From contig CAURKZ010000004.1 in assembly GCA_963525605.1 (NCBI GenBank), forward strand, positions 95,379-159,378: 64,000 bases of DNA, in the 5' to 3' direction. How positions within the stretch are numbered: the stretch's first letter is position 1; each line of letters starts with the position of its first letter. A program made the position numbers and the translations under genes. The notes under the pieces were generated by a model that searched no databases, was not told the DNA's origin, and saw only the letters and a program-made list of their open reading frames with translations. The DNA is from an uncultured Campylobacter sp. Its GTDB lineage: Bacteria; Campylobacterota; Campylobacteria; Campylobacterales; Campylobacteraceae. Shown piece after piece: positions 10,769 to 20,338 of the stretch.

Positions 10769-11305
10769 ATTTTGGATTTGGAATTTCACTCAATTTAGAA
10801 TTTAGAATTCCGCTCAATTTGAAATTTAAAATTTGACTTGAGTTTGAAATTTTAAATTTGCCCGCGCCGCGAAATTTCGGAATTTTAGAATTTTGAGGTT
10901 TCAAATTTTAAAATTTTGCGCTCGTTATGAAATTTTAAATCCATACGCGTGGTGGAATTTTAAAATTTCGCCCCGCGGACGCCATTTCAAAATCAGGCGC
11001 CGCGCGCGCAAAATAGTAGAATTTTACGTAGCGGGTCGCCGCATCATTCAAAACGGCGCCTATACGCGTTTGTGGAATTTTAAATTTGACGTAAAAGGTA
11101 GGCTGGCAAATGCGACGAAATTTATCGAACACACGGAGTGGTTTTAAATTTAGCCAAACGCCTTCTATTTTAATAGCGTGGAAACGACACAACGCGCGCT
11201 ACATTTTTAAATTTAGCCAAGTGCATCGCGCCGCTAAAATTTAAAATTTCGCGCCGCGAATTGAGCTGTAAATAGAGCCGCAAATTTAAACTACGCATCA
11301 AAATT
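10769..11305. repeat. spacer filled with AAATTT/AAAATTT-core repeats
   Basis: Dozens of gaaatttnaaatttt / ggaattttaaaatttcgc-type motifs flanked by short GC-rich blocks. ORFs here translate to KF/NF/LN low-complexity strings. Confidence 0.7.
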
Positions 11306-11959
11306 TTGGCTAAATTTCACTCATCAAATTTTCCTGCCGATTTGAGCCTGTTAAAAGCAAATTTGCCGTATAATCTCGCGAAATTTCAGGGAGCCAAGGT
11401 GCGCAAAAACATAAAATACCTAATTTACAAGTTCTTTTTGGGCAACGTCTTTTTGGCGGTTTTTGTGATTTCATTTTACGTTGTTTCGTGGCATATTGAA
11501 AATATTTCAAATATCGATCTTATGAGCCTTTTGAAGGGATATTTTTTATTTCCGGGCGATATTCGCCTGCCTTTTACGACGGTAATTCTTGAGTTATTTT
11601 CCTTCTATATCAGTAGCAGTTTGAGCGATTTTTACGTCAAAGAGGTTGATCGCAAGCTAAATTTTATATTTTTCATCGCATTTGCGACGATAGGTATATT
11701 CATCGTAAACATACTATCTTTATTTATGATTTTCGGTACGATCGTATGGCAAAAGTCAAATGCGGCATTTTCAGCAATGTGTCTATTTTTAGGGATAATT
11801 TGGACAGCTTGGCTATTTAAGAACAGCGAATATGAGCTGGGGAAATTTTTGCAAAATTGCAGTAGCAAAAGACACTACAAAATTGACAAAGCACTATTGA
11901 TAGTACTGCTTATAATCGCGCTCTTAGTAATTATACCGATAATAGCAAAGAGTTTTTAG
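11306..11959 (+). CDS. hypothetical multi-pass membrane protein (start uncertain; GTG at 11398 also possible)
   Basis: AT-rich ORF with 4-5 hydrophobic helices (VFLAVFVISFYVV, FIFFIAFATIGIFIVNILSLFMIF, CLFLGIIWTAWLF, LLIVLLIIALLVIIPII). No family motif recognised. Confidence 0.5.
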   Translation: MAKFHSSNFPADLSLLKANLPYNLAKFQGAKVRKNIKYLIYKFFLGNVFLAVFVISFYVVSWHIENISNIDLMSLLKGYFLFPGDIRLPFTTVILELFSFYISSSLSDFYVKEVDRKLNFIFFIAFATIGIFIVNILSLFMIFGTIVWQKSNAAFSAMCLFLGIIWTAWLFKNSEYELGKFLQNCSSKRHYKIDKALLIVLLIIALLVIIPIIAKSF

Positions 11960-12044
11960 GTATTAAAGTCACTACTGCTTTTTACCAGGCAAACACAAGA
12001 TTTTGATTAAAATACTATTTCTGCAGCTACAGTACTATCTTGCT

Positions 12045-13202
12045 CTACTTTAAAATTTTAAACCAGCCGTAGAATTCGTTCTCTTCCAGGTGCGGATCGC
12101 CTGCGCTGGAGATGAAAAGCGGCTGTAGAGCGGCATTTGCTCTAAAATTTTCCGCGTCCCTCATCTGCGCGCTGTAAAAAATAAGCGCGTGGCTCGCAAA
12201 CTGCGCAAACTCGTCAAACGAACTCACCCCCGCCTCTATCATCGTGATTTTCGCGTCCGCGGGCAGCGACTGCGAGACCTCCACTTTGCGCCCTGCGACG
12301 CCGAAAAGCGGAATGCTGCCATCAAAATCCGAAAGTGCGCGGCGCGAGCGGATCCACACATTGGGCGCGCGCAGCTTTAGATTTTGCGGCGCAACGCGCG
12401 CATCTGGCGTCAACATATCAGCACTGCCCACCAAAGCGCTAATTTCATCAAATTTAGCCGCACGCACGTCCAGCGTCGGTCTGTCGGTGCGCACGGTCTG
12501 CCCGCCCACGCCTACGTAGTCGCACACGCCGCGCAGCTCGTGCACGAACGCGCGCTGCTTCTCGCTGCCGATCCGCCCATGCACCGCGCCGTTTAGCGTG
12601 GCGTTGATTTTGATGAAGCAAAAGCCGCCCTCGCGCGCCAAATAAAACGGCTCTGCAAGCTCCGCCGCCGCGGCATGGCAAACGTCAAATTTCACCTCTA
12701 TGCCCCCACGGCGTAAAATTTCCGCGCCGCCCGCAGCCTGCGCGTTCGTATCGCGCGCGCCGACTACCACGCGCGATAGCCCGAGCTCCGCCAAAAGCTC
12801 GGCACAAGACGGGGTCTTGCCGCGGTGCGCGCAGGGCTCGAGCGTGACGTAGGCGCAAGCGCCGCGCAAAAGCCCGCCGTGGCGGTTTAAGATAAAATCA
12901 TAAGTGAAGCTCGGCTGCAAAAGCGCGCTTTTTAGGGCTTCTATGTTTTGAAATTTAACGCCGAATTCGCGGGCGTATTCGCGAGCGAAATCCTGCACGA
13001 AATTTGCGTCCAGATCGCATAGCGCGGCGAAAACGGCGTTTGCCTCGGAGTGCAAAAAGCCCGCCTTTTTGTGTGCGCCTATGCCAAGAACCCTGCCGCT
13101 CTTATCCAGAAGCACGCAGCCCACGGCGGGGTTGGGTAGCGTCAGAGCTTGATAGCGCCACGCAGCCCGCAGCGCCAAATCCATGTAAAATTCGTCGTTC
13201 AT
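12045..13202 (-). CDS. ribD: bifunctional riboflavin biosynthesis deaminase/reductase
   Basis: 385 aa. CMP/dCMP-type deaminase zinc motifs HSEANA and PCAHRGKTPSC. C-terminal RibD reductase domain (INATLNG, GGQTVRTDRP). Confidence 0.88.
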   Translation of the reverse strand: MNDEFYMDLALRAAWRYQALTLPNPAVGCVLLDKSGRVLGIGAHKKAGFLHSEANAVFAALCDLDANFVQDFAREYAREFGVKFQNIEALKSALLQPSFTYDFILNRHGGLLRGACAYVTLEPCAHRGKTPSCAELLAELGLSRVVVGARDTNAQAAGGAEILRRGGIEVKFDVCHAAAAELAEPFYLAREGGFCFIKINATLNGAVHGRIGSEKQRAFVHELRGVCDYVGVGGQTVRTDRPTLDVRAAKFDEISALVGSADMLTPDARVAPQNLKLRAPNVWIRSRRALSDFDGSIPLFGVAGRKVEVSQSLPADAKITMIEAGVSSFDEFAQFASHALIFYSAQMRDAENFRANAALQPLFISSAGDPHLEENEFYGWFKILK

Positions 13203-14015
13203 ACAAAATCCAAAATTTAAATTGTCCCGCTCCGCCGCGATCGCTTAGCCGATTTTGCGATTAAACCGTGCTTGCAGATGTAATTCGTAATGTAGGCGCT
13301 GCAAAACTCGCAGAGGCAGTATTTGTCGCGAGCAGTAAAATCTAAATTTACGACAAAGCGTAAAATTTAAAATTCTGCTTTGCAGCAAAAGGTTTGAAAT
13401 TTTACCGCGTCAAAACAGCGCGTAAATTTTAAATTAGCCGCTTTCGGGCGCGACGTAAAATTCCAAAGCAACGCACAAATGACACGCAAAACTCACCATT
13501 GAGCAAAGTAATGCAAAATTCTAAAGTAACGCAATCGCCGCGAAGCTTGCTTTTTAGCGGTACGATCCGAAATTTTAAAGCGCCGCTCGGTGGCGTAAAA
13601 AAATTATCTTTTATCAGCGCGACGTAAATTTCAAAATAAACAAGCGGCACCGGAAATTTAAAATTTTGCGCCGAGCGCCGCAAGAGATCAAGAGCTACCG
13701 ACAGCGGCAAATTTTAAAAAATCCAAAATTTAACGTGCCGTGTGCCCATGCGACGCAACAAGGCGGTGCTGCGGGCACATCCGCGCGAAAGGCTAATATT
13801 TATCGAATTTTACTCTGCCCGTAGCCGCATATTCGTACCGATGCCGACAATCGCAAACCTAAGCCGCAAAAAGCTTAGCGAAATGGCGTTTCGCCGCAGT
13901 GCGCATGCGATCAATTGCAACGCGAAAATGCTTTCGTGCGATACGATCAAGCTCAACGCGAAAGACTTGCGCGCGGCATGTGTTTTTGAAAGCCGCACCG
14001 AATATAGCGCGCCAA

Positions 14016-14049
14016 ATTAAAAAGCGAGGCAAATCCAAATTAGCCTCGC
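14016..14049 (-). terminator. putative Rho-independent terminator of the infB-rbfA-rimP transcript
   Basis: The minus strand reads GCGAGGC-12 nt loop-GCCTCGC followed by TTTTTAATTT, about 85 nt downstream of the rimP stop. Confidence 0.5.
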
Positions 14050-14132
14050 CGCTTTAGCTTAAAAATTTAAGTTCGCGCTTCTTAGGCGCCGCACCCCAAA
14101 GCCCTGCGCGAAGAGCTTTAAAATCCGCGCCG

Positions 14133-14552
14133 CTACCACTGTACGTAGGTTCGCGCCTTTTTGATCTCGTCAAGTCGCACGCTTACCTCGCCGTCGTCCG
14201 TGCGTAGCCTAAGCACGCCGCCTTCGCAGCCGAGCACCTCTCCGCTTAGCTTCTGCCCGTCCGTGTAGCTTAGGCGCACCAGCTCGCCCACGGATTTTGC
14301 GAAATGCTGCGGCTTGCTTAGCTTGCGCTCAAGCCCTGGCGAGCCGACCTCTAGCGTCCACTCGCCCTCAAGCGGCGGCTCCACGTCGTAAATCGGCGAA
14401 AGCAGCCTCGAAAGCCGCTCGCAGTCGTCCAGCCCCACGCCGCCTGCTTTCGTGATACTGATGCGATAGATCGTTTTGCCGTTTTCGCTCACCGTCTCCA
14501 CGTCATAAAGCTGCACGTCGCACTCGCGCGCCAAAGCCTCTAAATCAACCAT
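14133..14552 (-). CDS. rimP: ribosome maturation factor RimP
   Basis: 139 aa. LEVGSPGLERKL motif. Overlaps the rbfA stop. Confidence 0.9.
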   Translation of the reverse strand: MVDLEALARECDVQLYDVETVSENGKTIYRISITKAGGVGLDDCERLSRLLSPIYDVEPPLEGEWTLEVGSPGLERKLSKPQHFAKSVGELVRLSYTDGQKLSGEVLGCEGGVLRLRTDDGEVSVRLDEIKKARTYVQW

Positions 14553-14910
14553 TTTTGCGCAGCTCCTCCTCTATTTTGTCAAAAAGATCGTCCATTTTGT
14601 TTTGATACTCCAAGCGGTCGTCGAATTTGAAGTGAAACGCAGGGCAGCGGTACCAGCCCTCCGCCTCGGCGCAGAAGTTTTGCAAATATCTCGCCACGCG
14701 GCCGAGCTTTTCGAGCACAAATTCCTGCTCGCGCTCGTCGAAGGCGTTTTTATCCAGATACACGAACGCGTCGTAGCGCCCGCGCTTGCACTCCACGTCG
14801 GTCACGCACAGCCCGCGCAAAAGCTCGTCCTCGAGGCTCGCGAGCGCTTCGGGTATGAGCTGCTTTAGCACGCTTTGCGTGCGAAGTCTTCTGAGTTCGG
14901 TCGGATTCAT
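14545..14910 (-). CDS. rbfA: ribosome-binding factor A
   Basis: 121 aa. RbfA-like N-terminus (RLRTQSVLKQLIPEALASL, VTDVECKRGRYDAFVYL). Position downstream of infB. Confidence 0.88.
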   Translation of the reverse strand: MNPTELRRLRTQSVLKQLIPEALASLEDELLRGLCVTDVECKRGRYDAFVYLDKNAFDEREQEFVLEKLGRVARYLQNFCAEAEGWYRCPAFHFKFDDRLEYQNKMDDLFDKIEEELRKNG

Positions 14911-16045
14911 CTTTACCTCGCTATCTTAAATCGCCGCAGATTGCGCGGCGATAGAATTTTATTGCTCCGCCGCGGAGCCTTATCTCGCATCCATCTCACG
15001 GCGGCACTGAATTTTATTTCGCGTCCACCTTACGGCGATGCGGAATTCTATTTCACTTCGGCGCGGCGGCAACGCAGAATTTTATCTCGCTTCGACATGA
15101 CGAAATATCCGCCCTGCGGCGACGCGGTCTGTTTAAATTTGACGCGGCTTGCGATGCGTCGGAACGTCTATTTAAATTCTAAGCGGTTTGCTGCGCGCCG
15201 GTATTGTAGACAGCGACTGCGCCTTTTAGAATTTCATCTTTAAATTTTAAAAAGTGCGAGCTCGGCTTTGAAATTTTACTTTTAAATTTAGCCCGGTGCT
15301 CCGCGCTTAAATTTTAAACGCAGATCACGCGAGAATTTCATGGCTCGCATACGAAAGCTCGTCGCATAATTGCGCCCTACCACAGAAATATTTTCGCGCC
15401 AAGACGCAGTGCTATTCTGCGCCGCGCTCTGCTCGCCACGGGCGCTATACCGCTGCCACGCTGCCCGTTCTTGGTGCCGCCACAGCGCGCGGCGGCTCCT
15501 CTTTGCGCTACGCTCGCTTACTGCGTCGCTATTTACGATATCCGCTGCTGTCTTTTGGCAGTGCCGCGATGACACCATGCGCCGTTGCGGTCTCATTTTG
15601 CGCCGCCTGCACCGCACTATTCTCCGCGCTGCTGTTTTTCCCACACTGTGCCGCTTCGAAATTTATCTTAAATTTAAAAGCGCTTCGATACCGCGCGAAA
15701 TCTAAATTTTGCCGCTTTAAAATTTCAACTTCGCGATTAAATTTAAAATTTAAGTCGCACGGAAAATCTGCAACCAGCAAACAGCGCAAAATAAAATTTG
15801 ATCGCAAAGCCATGCCGTAAGAAAAATCTAAACATTAAAATTTCAAAACTGGCGCTACGCGGCAGAGCCTCGCGCAGAAACCGACAAAATTTAAAGCTTT
15901 GCTCGCGCATTCCGCCGCTAAATTTAAAAGGCGAAATTTCACGCCCAAATTTTGCGAGCATAAAATTTCAAAGCGCGATCAAGGCTTAAAATTTAGCCGC
16001 AAGCCGTGCAAACGAAGCGAATGCCCGCGCGGAATTCAGCGAGCA
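14911..16045. repeat. 1.1-kb non-coding, repeat-filled spacer between infB and rbfA
   Basis: Degenerate units CGGCG...GAATT(T/C)TAT(T/C)TC(G/A)C begin near 14954, 15009, 15043 and 15077. From ~15240 onward there are AAATTTAAAATTT-core repeats. Only low-complexity ORFs in several frames. Confidence 0.7.
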
Positions 16046-18754
16046 TTAGTCGATCGTAGCCTGCTCCTCTTTTTGCTTGTAGCTTTCGATAAAATCGCCC
16101 ACGCGCATATCGTTGTAGCCCTCGATGCCTACGCCGCACTCGAAGCCCTTGGCGACTTCCTTGGCGTCGTCTTTGAAGCGCTTGAGCGAGCTGACGTTGC
16201 CCTCGAAAACGATGACGCCCTCTCTGATGACGCGGATCTTCGCGCCGCGAGCGATGAGCCCGTCGGTAACCATGCAGCCCGCGATCTGCCCGATCTTAGG
16301 CACGTTGATAACCTGGCGGATCTCGGCTTGGCCCAAGGCCTCCTCACTGATGATCGGGCTCATAAGGCCGCTCAAAAGCGCCTTGATATCGTCGATGAGA
16401 TTGTAGATGACGTTGTAGGTCTTAATCTGCGCGCCGCGCTCCTTGGCAAGCTCTTTGATTTCGCCCGTAGGACGGACGTTGAAGCCCAAGATCACGCAGT
16501 TTTCGCTAGCGCTTGCCAAGGCGATGTCGTTTTGCGTGATACCGCCGATGCCGCTGTGGATGATGTCGACCTTGACTTCGTCGTTGCGGAGCTTCTCAAG
16601 GCTTGCTTTGATAGCCTCCAGCGAGCCCGCGACATCGGCCTTGACAATTACCGGAAGGCTTTTTAGCGAGCCTTCGGCGATCTTGGCGCTTAGCTCGTCG
16701 ATGGTAACCTTGGTCGATTTAGAAAGCTCTTTTTGGCGCTGATGCTCGTAAATTTTACTCGCATACTCGCGCGCTTCCTTATCGCTTGAAACGCCGATCA
16801 GCGTCTCGCCCGCGCCCGGAACCTCGCTAAGGCCTATGATGACGCCGCATTCGCCCGGTAAAATTTGCTTTAGCGCCCTGCCCTTATCGTCGCTAAGCGC
16901 GCGCACCTTGCCATATGCGATACCCGCTACGACGGTGTCTCCGACGCGTAGGGTGCCGTTTTGCACGATGACGGTGGCAACGGCGCCGCGCCCCTTCTGC
17001 AGGGAGCTTTCGATGATGGTTGCCTTAGCCTGCTTGCTAGGATCTGCTTTGAGCTCCAAAAGATCGGCTTGCAAAAGCACGATCTCTAATAAATTTTCGA
17101 TTCCATCGCCCGTTTTTGCGGAGATCGGCACGAACTCGTAGCTGCCGCCCCACTCGGTAGGCATGATGTCAAGCTCTGCAAGCCCGGTTTTTACGAGATC
17201 GGGATTGGCATTAGGCTTGTCCATCTTATTTATCGCGATGATGATCGGAACATTTGCGGCCTTGGCATGCGCTATAGCCTCCTTAGTCTGAGGCTTGACG
17301 CCGTCGTCTGCCGCCACTACGATGATTACGATATCGGTAACCTCGGCTCCGCGCGCTCTCATCGAAGTAAAGGCCTCGTGACCAGGAGTGTCGATGAAGG
17401 TGATCTTCCTGCCGTTTTTTTCGACCATATACGCGCCTACGTGCTGCGTGATGCCGCCCGCTTCGCCGCTTGCGACGCGAGAGTTTCGGATGTAATCTAG
17501 CAGGCTCGTTTTACCGTGATCGACGTGCCCCATAATGGTAATGACAGGCGCTCTAGCGATTAAATTTTCTTCGCCTTCGCTGTCCTCGTAAGCCTTGATG
17601 TAGTCAAACTCCTGCGCCTCATCGACGATATTTACCTCGATACCGAACTCGCTTGCTAAAATTTCTATCGCGTCCTCGTCCAAAAAGTCGTTTTTCGTAG
17701 TCATCATCCCAAGCGCAAATAGCTTGCCGATGATCTCGCTAGGCTGCTTTTTGATCTTATCGGCGAACTCATAGACACGGATCTCTTTTGGGATATTTAC
17801 AGAGCTTACGATTTCGCTACCCTGCTCTCGAGGGGCTTTTTTATGCTTTTTGCGACCGCCGCGACTTATACCGCCCTCACTGCTGAAAATTTGATTCTGC
17901 GAGGCGCGATAAATATTAGGTTGGTTTTTACTTTTGGTGCGGTTTTCGGTTTGGATCGGTTTGACGGTGAAATCTGGCATTACCACGACGTCCTCGTCCT
18001 CAATGACGATATCGGCCATCTCATGATCGGGAATGATGTCAATTTTAAGGGCATCCTCTTTTTTTGCGGCGGGAGCTTTTTTCTTTTCGATCTTTTTCTT
18101 TTTCAAATTTAGTTCGGCATTTGAAAAGATCGCCTCCAAGCTCGCGCTCATCTTTTCGCGCCTAGGCTCGGTTCTATCTTGTGCCGCCGGAGCTTGAACT
18201 TCCTTCTTCTTTTTAACAATGACTAGGCCGCGGCGCTTTTGCAAGCTCTCGCTAGCTATACTATCGCCGCTGTTTATCTGCACCGGAGCAGGCTTTGAAG
18301 CGGCGTTTTGCTTCTTCTCTTTCTCCTGCGCGGCGGAGGAAATTTCTTCTTTTTGATTTTGAGATTTTTCGGTTTTCGCCTCGGGCTCTTGCGCCTGAGT
18401 TTTTTCATCGATAGGCTCTTTGGCGCTCTGTGCGGGCTCTTTGGATTCGGAAGCTTTTAAGCTTTCTGCCTTTTTAGGGCTCTCTTTTTTAGCGGTTTTT
18501 TTAGTATCGCTCTGTTTTTTAGCGGGCTTATTCTCGTCCTCTTGCGCTTTTTCGGAGCTTTTCTTTGCGGGCTTTGACTTTTTCCCCGGCAAAATTCCCG
18601 TCTGAATATAATCGTAAATAGCGGCAGCTTCTTCCTCGCTTACTTTATTCGACGCGGTTTTTACCTTTTTAAAGCCCATCTCCTGCGCTTTTTCGATTAT
18701 CTCTTTGCTTGCGTATCCAAGCTCATCCGCGATATCTTTAATCAGAACACCCAT
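16046..18754 (-). CDS. infB: translation initiation factor IF-2
   Basis: 902 aa. Lys/Glu/Ala-rich N-terminal region. GTPase motifs [24 protein letters not shown]. Confidence 0.97.
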   Translation of the reverse strand: MGVLIKDIADELGYASKEIIEKAQEMGFKKVKTASNKVSEEEAAAIYDYIQTGILPGKKSKPAKKSSEKAQEDENKPAKKQSDTKKTAKKESPKKAESLKASESKEPAQSAKEPIDEKTQAQEPEAKTEKSQNQKEEISSAAQEKEKKQNAASKPAPVQINSGDSIASESLQKRRGLVIVKKKKEVQAPAAQDRTEPRREKMSASLEAIFSNAELNLKKKKIEKKKAPAAKKEDALKIDIIPDHEMADIVIEDEDVVVMPDFTVKPIQTENRTKSKNQPNIYRASQNQIFSSEGGISRGGRKKHKKAPREQGSEIVSSVNIPKEIRVYEFADKIKKQPSEIIGKLFALGMMTTKNDFLDEDAIEILASEFGIEVNIVDEAQEFDYIKAYEDSEGEENLIARAPVITIMGHVDHGKTSLLDYIRNSRVASGEAGGITQHVGAYMVEKNGRKITFIDTPGHEAFTSMRARGAEVTDIVIIVVAADDGVKPQTKEAIAHAKAANVPIIIAINKMDKPNANPDLVKTGLAELDIMPTEWGGSYEFVPISAKTGDGIENLLEIVLLQADLLELKADPSKQAKATIIESSLQKGRGAVATVIVQNGTLRVGDTVVAGIAYGKVRALSDDKGRALKQILPGECGVIIGLSEVPGAGETLIGVSSDKEAREYASKIYEHQRQKELSKSTKVTIDELSAKIAEGSLKSLPVIVKADVAGSLEAIKASLEKLRNDEVKVDIIHSGIGGITQNDIALASASENCVILGFNVRPTGEIKELAKERGAQIKTYNVIYNLIDDIKALLSGLMSPIISEEALGQAEIRQVINVPKIGQIAGCMVTDGLIARGAKIRVIREGVIVFEGNVSSLKRFKDDAKEVAKGFECGVGIEGYNDMRVGDFIESYKQKEEQATID

Positions 18755-18965
18755 TTAAAACCCTCTCCTTGATATGTCCCAAATCTGCACTAGACGCAAA
18801 TTTAGATAGATATTTTGAAATTTTCTCTTTTTGATTTATGCAACCGTCGCAAATATAAAATTGTCTGTTTGAGCTTATATTTTTAAAATTTTGCAAAAAA
18901 GCGTGGAGTTCGCGCTTGGCGAAGCGCCCCTTGCAAATAACGCACATCCTAATCGGTTCGCTCAT
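18738..18965 (-). CDS. YlxR/DUF448-family RNA-binding protein
   Basis: 75 aa. [18 protein letters not shown] matches the YlxR N-terminal motif. Overlaps the infB start, the classic nusA/infB-operon position. Confidence 0.75.
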   Translation of the reverse strand: MSEPIRMCVICKGRFAKRELHAFLQNFKNISSNRQFYICDGCINQKEKISKYLSKFASSADLGHIKERVLNGCSD

Positions 18966-18986
18966 GCGATTATATCTTTATTTTTC

Positions 18987-19868
18987 TTAGTCAATATTAA
19001 AGCCGCCGTTGTCGATATCTAAAATTTCGACGCGGAAGTTTTTAAAATTTTCGCTAAGGCAGGCTTTAAGCTTTGCAGCGTCGGATCTGTAAGCTAAATT
19101 TAAAAAGCTTGAGCCGCTTCCCGAGAGCGAGCTCATAAGCGCGCCGTTATCATAGGCGATCTCGCGCACCCCAAAAAGCTGCGGAAGCACGCCCATGCGC
19201 ATCTGCTCGTGCATCTTATCGATACAGGCGTAACGCAAGCTGTCGTAATCGCGCCGCATAAAGCAAGCGGTCAGAAACGCCGCGTGCGAGAGGTTGCTAA
19301 CGCAATCTTTGATCGAAAAGCTCTTAGGCAGCTTGCCGCGCGATTCGTTCGTAGGCATCGGCGTATCGGGGATGACGACCACCGCTTGCAGATCTTGCGA
19401 AATTTCGCATTTTTGCGTGCGAACCGTCTTGCCGTCCACGACGCTGCTGACAAAGCCGCCGAGCGTTGCTGGCGCGATATTATCCGGGTGGTTTTCGTAT
19501 TCCAGCGCCGTGTTTAAAATTTTAGCGCGATCGATCTCAAAACCGCAAATTTTATAAGCGCTTGCGATAGCGCCTACGATCACGGCTGAGCTACTGCCCA
19601 GCCCGCGCGAAAACGGGATGTTGTTGTGAAAAGCAAATTTAAAATTTATCTCTTGTCCGCCGCCTAGTTTTCTGTAAATTTCATTGAAAATGTTCAAAAA
19701 AGCGTTGCCCTTTTTTAGCCACGCTCTGTCGCTGCCCTCGCCGCTAAGCGATACGCAAAAAAACTTCTGCTCGGTAATCTCTACTTCGTTAAATAGCCCT
19801 AGGCTAAGGCCGAGCGCGTCGAAACCGGGGCCTAAATTTGCGCTCGTCGCAGGAATTCTTATAATCAA
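18987..19868 (-). CDS. thrB: homoserine kinase
   Basis: 293 aa. PATSANLGPGFD and GHMP-kinase motif PFSRGLGSSSA. Confidence 0.93.
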   Translation of the reverse strand: MIIRIPATSANLGPGFDALGLSLGLFNEVEITEQKFFCVSLSGEGSDRAWLKKGNAFLNIFNEIYRKLGGGQEINFKFAFHNNIPFSRGLGSSSAVIVGAIASAYKICGFEIDRAKILNTALEYENHPDNIAPATLGGFVSSVVDGKTVRTQKCEISQDLQAVVVIPDTPMPTNESRGKLPKSFSIKDCVSNLSHAAFLTACFMRRDYDSLRYACIDKMHEQMRMGVLPQLFGVREIAYDNGALMSSLSGSGSSFLNLAYRSDAAKLKACLSENFKNFRVEILDIDNGGFNID

Positions 19869-19876
19869 GCTCTCTC

Positions 19877-20275
19877 CTAAACCGCTTCTATAATGTAATT
19901 TGGAAGTATATCATCGTTTTTATTTAAAACCGATAAATCCTGCGGCAAAGATAGCGCGGCCGGGGCGCATTTTTTCATTTTGATTTCTCCGCGATCGTAA
20001 ACGTAGCTGAAGTTTTTATTCGCCCTGATCGGCCCAAAGCCGCTTAGCTCAAAGCCGCTGATGGCGTACAGTGGCACATCAAGAGCGATGCTAAGCGTGC
20101 GCAAGATCACGTAGCTTACCTTCATGCCCATGAAGCTACCGGGAGTATTTGCGTAGATGAACTCTTTGATTTTATAAATTTTTAAAATTTCGCTAAATTT
20201 AGCGATCAGGAAGTTATCGGCTTTTTCACCTTCAGCGCTCGTAAATTCAGCTATCTTGGCGCCGTTTTCATACAC
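19877..20275 (-). CDS. TsaB-like (glycoprotease-family, tRNA t6A) protein; true start probably upstream at a non-canonical codon
   Basis: IYANTPGSFMGMKVSYVILRTLSIALDVPLYAISGFE resembles the TsaB/YeaZ core. The ORF-track GTG start would remove the first beta-strand (see finding). Confidence 0.6.
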   Translation of the reverse strand: MYENGAKIAEFTSAEGEKADNFLIAKFSEILKIYKIKEFIYANTPGSFMGMKVSYVILRTLSIALDVPLYAISGFELSGFGPIRANKNFSYVYDRGEIKMKKCAPAALSLPQDLSVLNKNDDILPNYIIEAV

Positions 20276-20338
20276 ACCGAGCAGGCATGGAGCGCTAAGA
20301 GCAGCGATTAGAATTTCAACCTCTTTAATTTTGCAGCC

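Noticed and set aside
15899-16666. 255-aa plus-strand ORF, plus the other ORFs 16125-18605 on the plus strand.
   Set aside because: They are antisense to infB. The Asp/Ala/Leu-rich translation mirrors infB codons, and the upstream part lies in repeat DNA.
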